Source: Antedon mediterranea
Lineage: Eukaryota > Animalia > Echinodermata
Reading direction: 5' to 3'
Length of the DNA: 64,000 nt
Assembly: GCF_964355755.1 (NCBI RefSeq)
Contig: NC_092670.1
Coordinates: forward strand, 13,192,795 to 13,256,794
Position 1 is the stretch's first letter; every line of letters begins with the position of its first letter. A model generated the notes under the pieces. That model saw only the letters and a program-made list of their open reading frames with translations. It had not been told where the DNA came from and did no database searches. Positions 61,276 to 64,000 of the stretch are shown piece by piece. The translations under genes were made by a program, and so were the position numbers.

Positions 61276-64000
61276 AAAAGTGTTTTCATTTAAACCAATA
61301 ATATTTGTTTTCTATAATCATACAGTTAGTCCTTTCAAAATTGGCAACCTTTCAAAAGCACCGCGAACATCAAATCATTAATTTACGTGGTCTCTCGGAC
61401 TTCCGAATGAATATAACTACATTAAGGAGGCGTGGAGTTTCACCGTTCACCATTCAGTTGGTAGAACTACGTCACGCGGCAGGAAACCAATACACTAAAC
61501 ACACTAACATTAAAGAACTTGAATTTAATATATTAAATATGATAATATTAAACACTGTGTATATACTGTATAAAAAATAATACTTAAATTAAACCTAGTC
61601 ATAGCTAGCACTATTCACTTGAGATGATTAATTTGTTCAATTGTTTAGATGTCGTGCGTCCAATTGTAGAAATAATAGGTAAAATATGATGAATTAAGCA
61701 AATAACAGGAACTATCGGATCCAAATTGAAAAAAAATGAGTTGCCAGTCTAACTATACGACACCACTTATTCTCTTCCATTCAATAAAACAAAATTAGAT
61801 AGAAAGCTGGTTCCTTTCGCATACTAATCCAAATGACCAAATAATTAAATAATAAAACAAAGACTAATAGACTGCAGCTGTTCCGTTCAGATGGAGTCTC
61901 TCTTTTGTATGTCTTTTGTTTCCCTCCTTTTTGTCCCAATCATTCCCACGATGAGTCATGAAGGGAACCAGCCTTTTACGTCTACCCTTGGATACTTGAG
62001 TGAATTATGAATATGCATTAGTCATATCCACAAGGTGTGACGTAAGAATTGATCTAACTACAGTATAATAATAATTTTATTGAAACTACACCTAGGTGGC
62101 ACCCGTTCATACACGGTGCGTTCTGTATACAGATACAGATTCAACAGACACAAATAAATAAAACGGATACAAAATAAAAACTAGTCAACCGGCGACTCGA
62201 TCGCTGTCGTAGTCATACGTCACTTATGCAATACACAATGAATTAAAAAGAAAAGAAAGACAAACAATTTAAGTAGTACAGTAATAACTGAAAAATACTG
62301 TACCAAAATTTAAAAATAGTAGTATTAAAAACTCAAAATAAAAAGATGTCAGTATAAAAAAATATAAAAATAATACAATTCACTAATGCAAAAACGCTTT
62401 CTGTCGAGCCGTCTGTGTAGTAGAATGGATTAAACTATGGACTTTACATGTCGATGTATGTGGTTCGAACCCATGTACGAAAACAAAATCTCGGCCTGGC
62501 CTTAGACCTTTCTTGACTTTCGAACTCGCTTTTTTCTTTTAAGTACTATTTTTCTATTTATTTAAGAACACGTAAATCAGAATATATTTTTATGAGCTTT
62601 TTATAAAATAATTATATTGTTAATGGCAATAATATTTTGATTTTCCTCAAGCTTAACTTCAACATTTAGAATGATTCCTCAAATTTTACATTTGACAAAC
62701 AAAATCTGTGATAATAACAATCCTTGATTGTTTTTTTAAATATTTTGTGTGTGTATCCTGAATATGAGACTATCACAGCACGGCAATGGATCGTTCTATT
62801 GTTTTTCAGTTTGTAATACTTCAGCCTACATACTTTATTCAAGTGACACACTGTGTATTGTTACCCGTTAAAATACTTATTGTCCCAGCACACCCTTTTA
62901 TATTCGTATTCTAAGGTCTTAGAATAAAATGTCATGCTTAGTTGGGTTTAAAATCCACTGTTCAGATCCCTTTTAGGACTTCGCCATTCGAAGCCTGAAT
63001 CATGATCTAATAGTCTACTAATAAGGAACAATAATTTAAATATATTGGTGGAAAATCATTAACTAGGCCTACATTATATTTGGAATCAAGGTGTTTGTAC
63101 CGGTAAGTAACGACAATACGTTCCCTTTTGGCACAACTTTTCTGCCACTTTGAAGCCTAGACCATGGTCAAGTAATTTACCAATCAAGGATCGGCAAGTA
63201 ATTTTCGGAAAAAATAGAATTAAATTACGACAGTCGTCCATAATCTTAATCAGGGAATGATTCCTCAGTCGAGGGATATTTTCTATACTTCTCGATACCA
63301 TTTTTGTTTGCTGTGGAATTCAACACCTGATAATTTACTTTTTCTATGCTAATCGATATCTTGCTGGGAAAACATTACTAGGCCCTAATATGTATGTAAT
63401 TACGCAACATGATAGTGCAATCTTCATCCGTAAACGGTAAAAGACGAATTGTAGACATACGTAAGTAGGAGCCTACTGTCATTAAATTAGGCCTCATTCA
63501 TTATATTATTAGTATAGTATAGTCATGGAGGTATAAAAATACCATATACTATAAATACAATATTCAAAGGTAAACTCAATATTACAGAATTTTCAATAAA
63601 TATGTCCTATATGTCCGGCCTAATTGTAAGTAAGCTTAGAGAGCGGTTTGGCGTAATTGTAAGGACTTTGATTAGCATACATGAGGGGTCCAATACGTGT
63701 CTGTGTTATATTGCTTGTTAGGCCTACTGTATCTTCATGATACTTTTCTTTATACTGTCTCAATACCGCGTCCATCAGATAGGACGCAAAGCTGTTGATC
63801 TGTGTGCCCTACATAAAATACACATGTAGACCTATACATTCCTCCAAACGGTTAAGAAAATGGACGAAATTATAATTACATTTAGGCCTAAAGTTGAGAT
63901 GTCAAGGTTCTGTCTGTCAGTCACTGTTTTTGCGAGAGGGTACTTGCTATTTTGTAACTATGCCTAATGATTATTTGAATGCAAGTCGGTACATAACAAT

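Noticed and set aside
62405-62480. tRNA-like sequence with GGTTCGAACCC B box
   Set aside because: No acceptor stem or full cloverleaf could be built. More likely a decayed SINE head than a tRNA gene.

Overview
AT-rich, intron-containing animal DNA. The TE families and the abundant TAGGCCTA motif suggest a marine invertebrate, possibly an echinoderm (inference only). Most of the window is nested transposons. There are two young minus-strand LINEs. The first is a single-ORF CR1-group element (leader, 2A-like NPGP, PHD, APE, RT) whose ORF restores to 1164 aa once a Harbinger-type insertion is removed. The second is an RTEX-like element whose PHD/esterase/zinc-knuckle ORF1 is separated from an in-frame ORF2 by a single TAG followed by a hairpin. 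Also present: a decayed DIRS1-type element with recognisable ITR/ICR termini, a Sola-like and an EnSpm-like composite, a Helitron and many MITEs with readable TIRs and TSDs. Host coding sequence is on the + strand. An Ig(V)-Ig-TM receptor lies at 12.1-13.8 kb. A chain of phase-compatible exons at 51.6-60.1 kb encodes a cysteine-less Ig-like domain (broken by a MITE and a nonsense codon), an unrecognised beta-rich region and a charged coding minisatellite. Whether the two coding blocks are one gene cannot be settled from sequence alone. No rRNA, true tRNA or CRISPR was seen.
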